DNA of 63,981 nt, filler included, from Octopus bimaculoides (lineage: Eukaryota): NCBI RefSeq assembly GCF_001194135.2. It is 6 parts of 6 records of this genome, joined end to end, with 100 filler letters (N's around TTAATTAATTAA, not from the genome) between each part and the next. Parts side by side here need not be neighbours in the genome. Positions count along the whole stretch, not along the records: positions 58,793 to 63,981 come from NW_026310629.1; 5 more parts are not named here. One strand, given 5' to 3'. Numbering within the stretch: position 1 is the stretch's first letter; each line of letters starts with the position of its first letter. This document shows positions 63,744-63,981 of this stretch, piece by piece. Under the pieces are notes generated by a model, which was given only the letters and a program-made list of their open reading frames with translations, made no database searches and had not been told where the DNA came from. Position numbers and translations under genes: made by a program.

Positions 63744-63910
63744 ACGAAGGGTTTCTTTCAATTTCCGTCCACCAAACCCACTCACAAGGCTTTGATCGGC
63801 CCGAGGCTATAGTAGAAGGCACTTGCCCAAGATGCTGTGCAGTCAGTGGGACTGAACCTGGAACCATGTGGTTGGTAAGCAAGCTTCTTACCACACAGCC
63901 ACTCCTGCGC

Positions 63911-63911
<1 letters not shown>
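63744..63911 (-). mobile_element. SINE family A, 5' half
   Basis: Minus strand ggcgcaggagtggctgtgtggtaag...; shows the family 5' end. Confidence 0.88.
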
Positions 63912-63970
<59 letters not shown>

Positions 63971-63981
63971 ATATGTATATA

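Overview
This is AT-rich, microsatellite-laden eukaryotic DNA with about 8 kb of N gaps. The repeat content points to an octopus genome (inference from recall of the repeats, not from a search). Five 100-bp N-TTAATTAATTAA-N linkers split the window into six pieces whose true adjacency is uncertain. The only recognisable host gene is porcupine (PORCN, Wnt O-acyltransferase, MBOAT family): four consecutive plus-strand coding exons at 43817-47708 with canonical, phase-compatible splice sites; its first coding exon and 3' half were not found. Most of the rest is retroelement debris: four tRNA-headed SINE families (my labels A-D), RTE LINEs, a Tx1/L1-clade LINE with a TSD, many Penelope-like (PLE) fragments with minimal hammerhead motifs, an RLE-type LINE end, two solo LTRs, a hAT MITE and a Tc1/mariner remnant. 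Main observations: (1) a PLE 3' repeat joins a tRNA-like Pol III promoter, (AAT)n and a hammerhead motif directly after the GIY-YIG ORF; (2) one hammerhead family has a CUGUYGA core; (3) the Tx1 LINE shares its 3' tail with SINE D and has inserted into a SINE D copy. Most long ORFs in the supplied track are microsatellite or gap artefacts.
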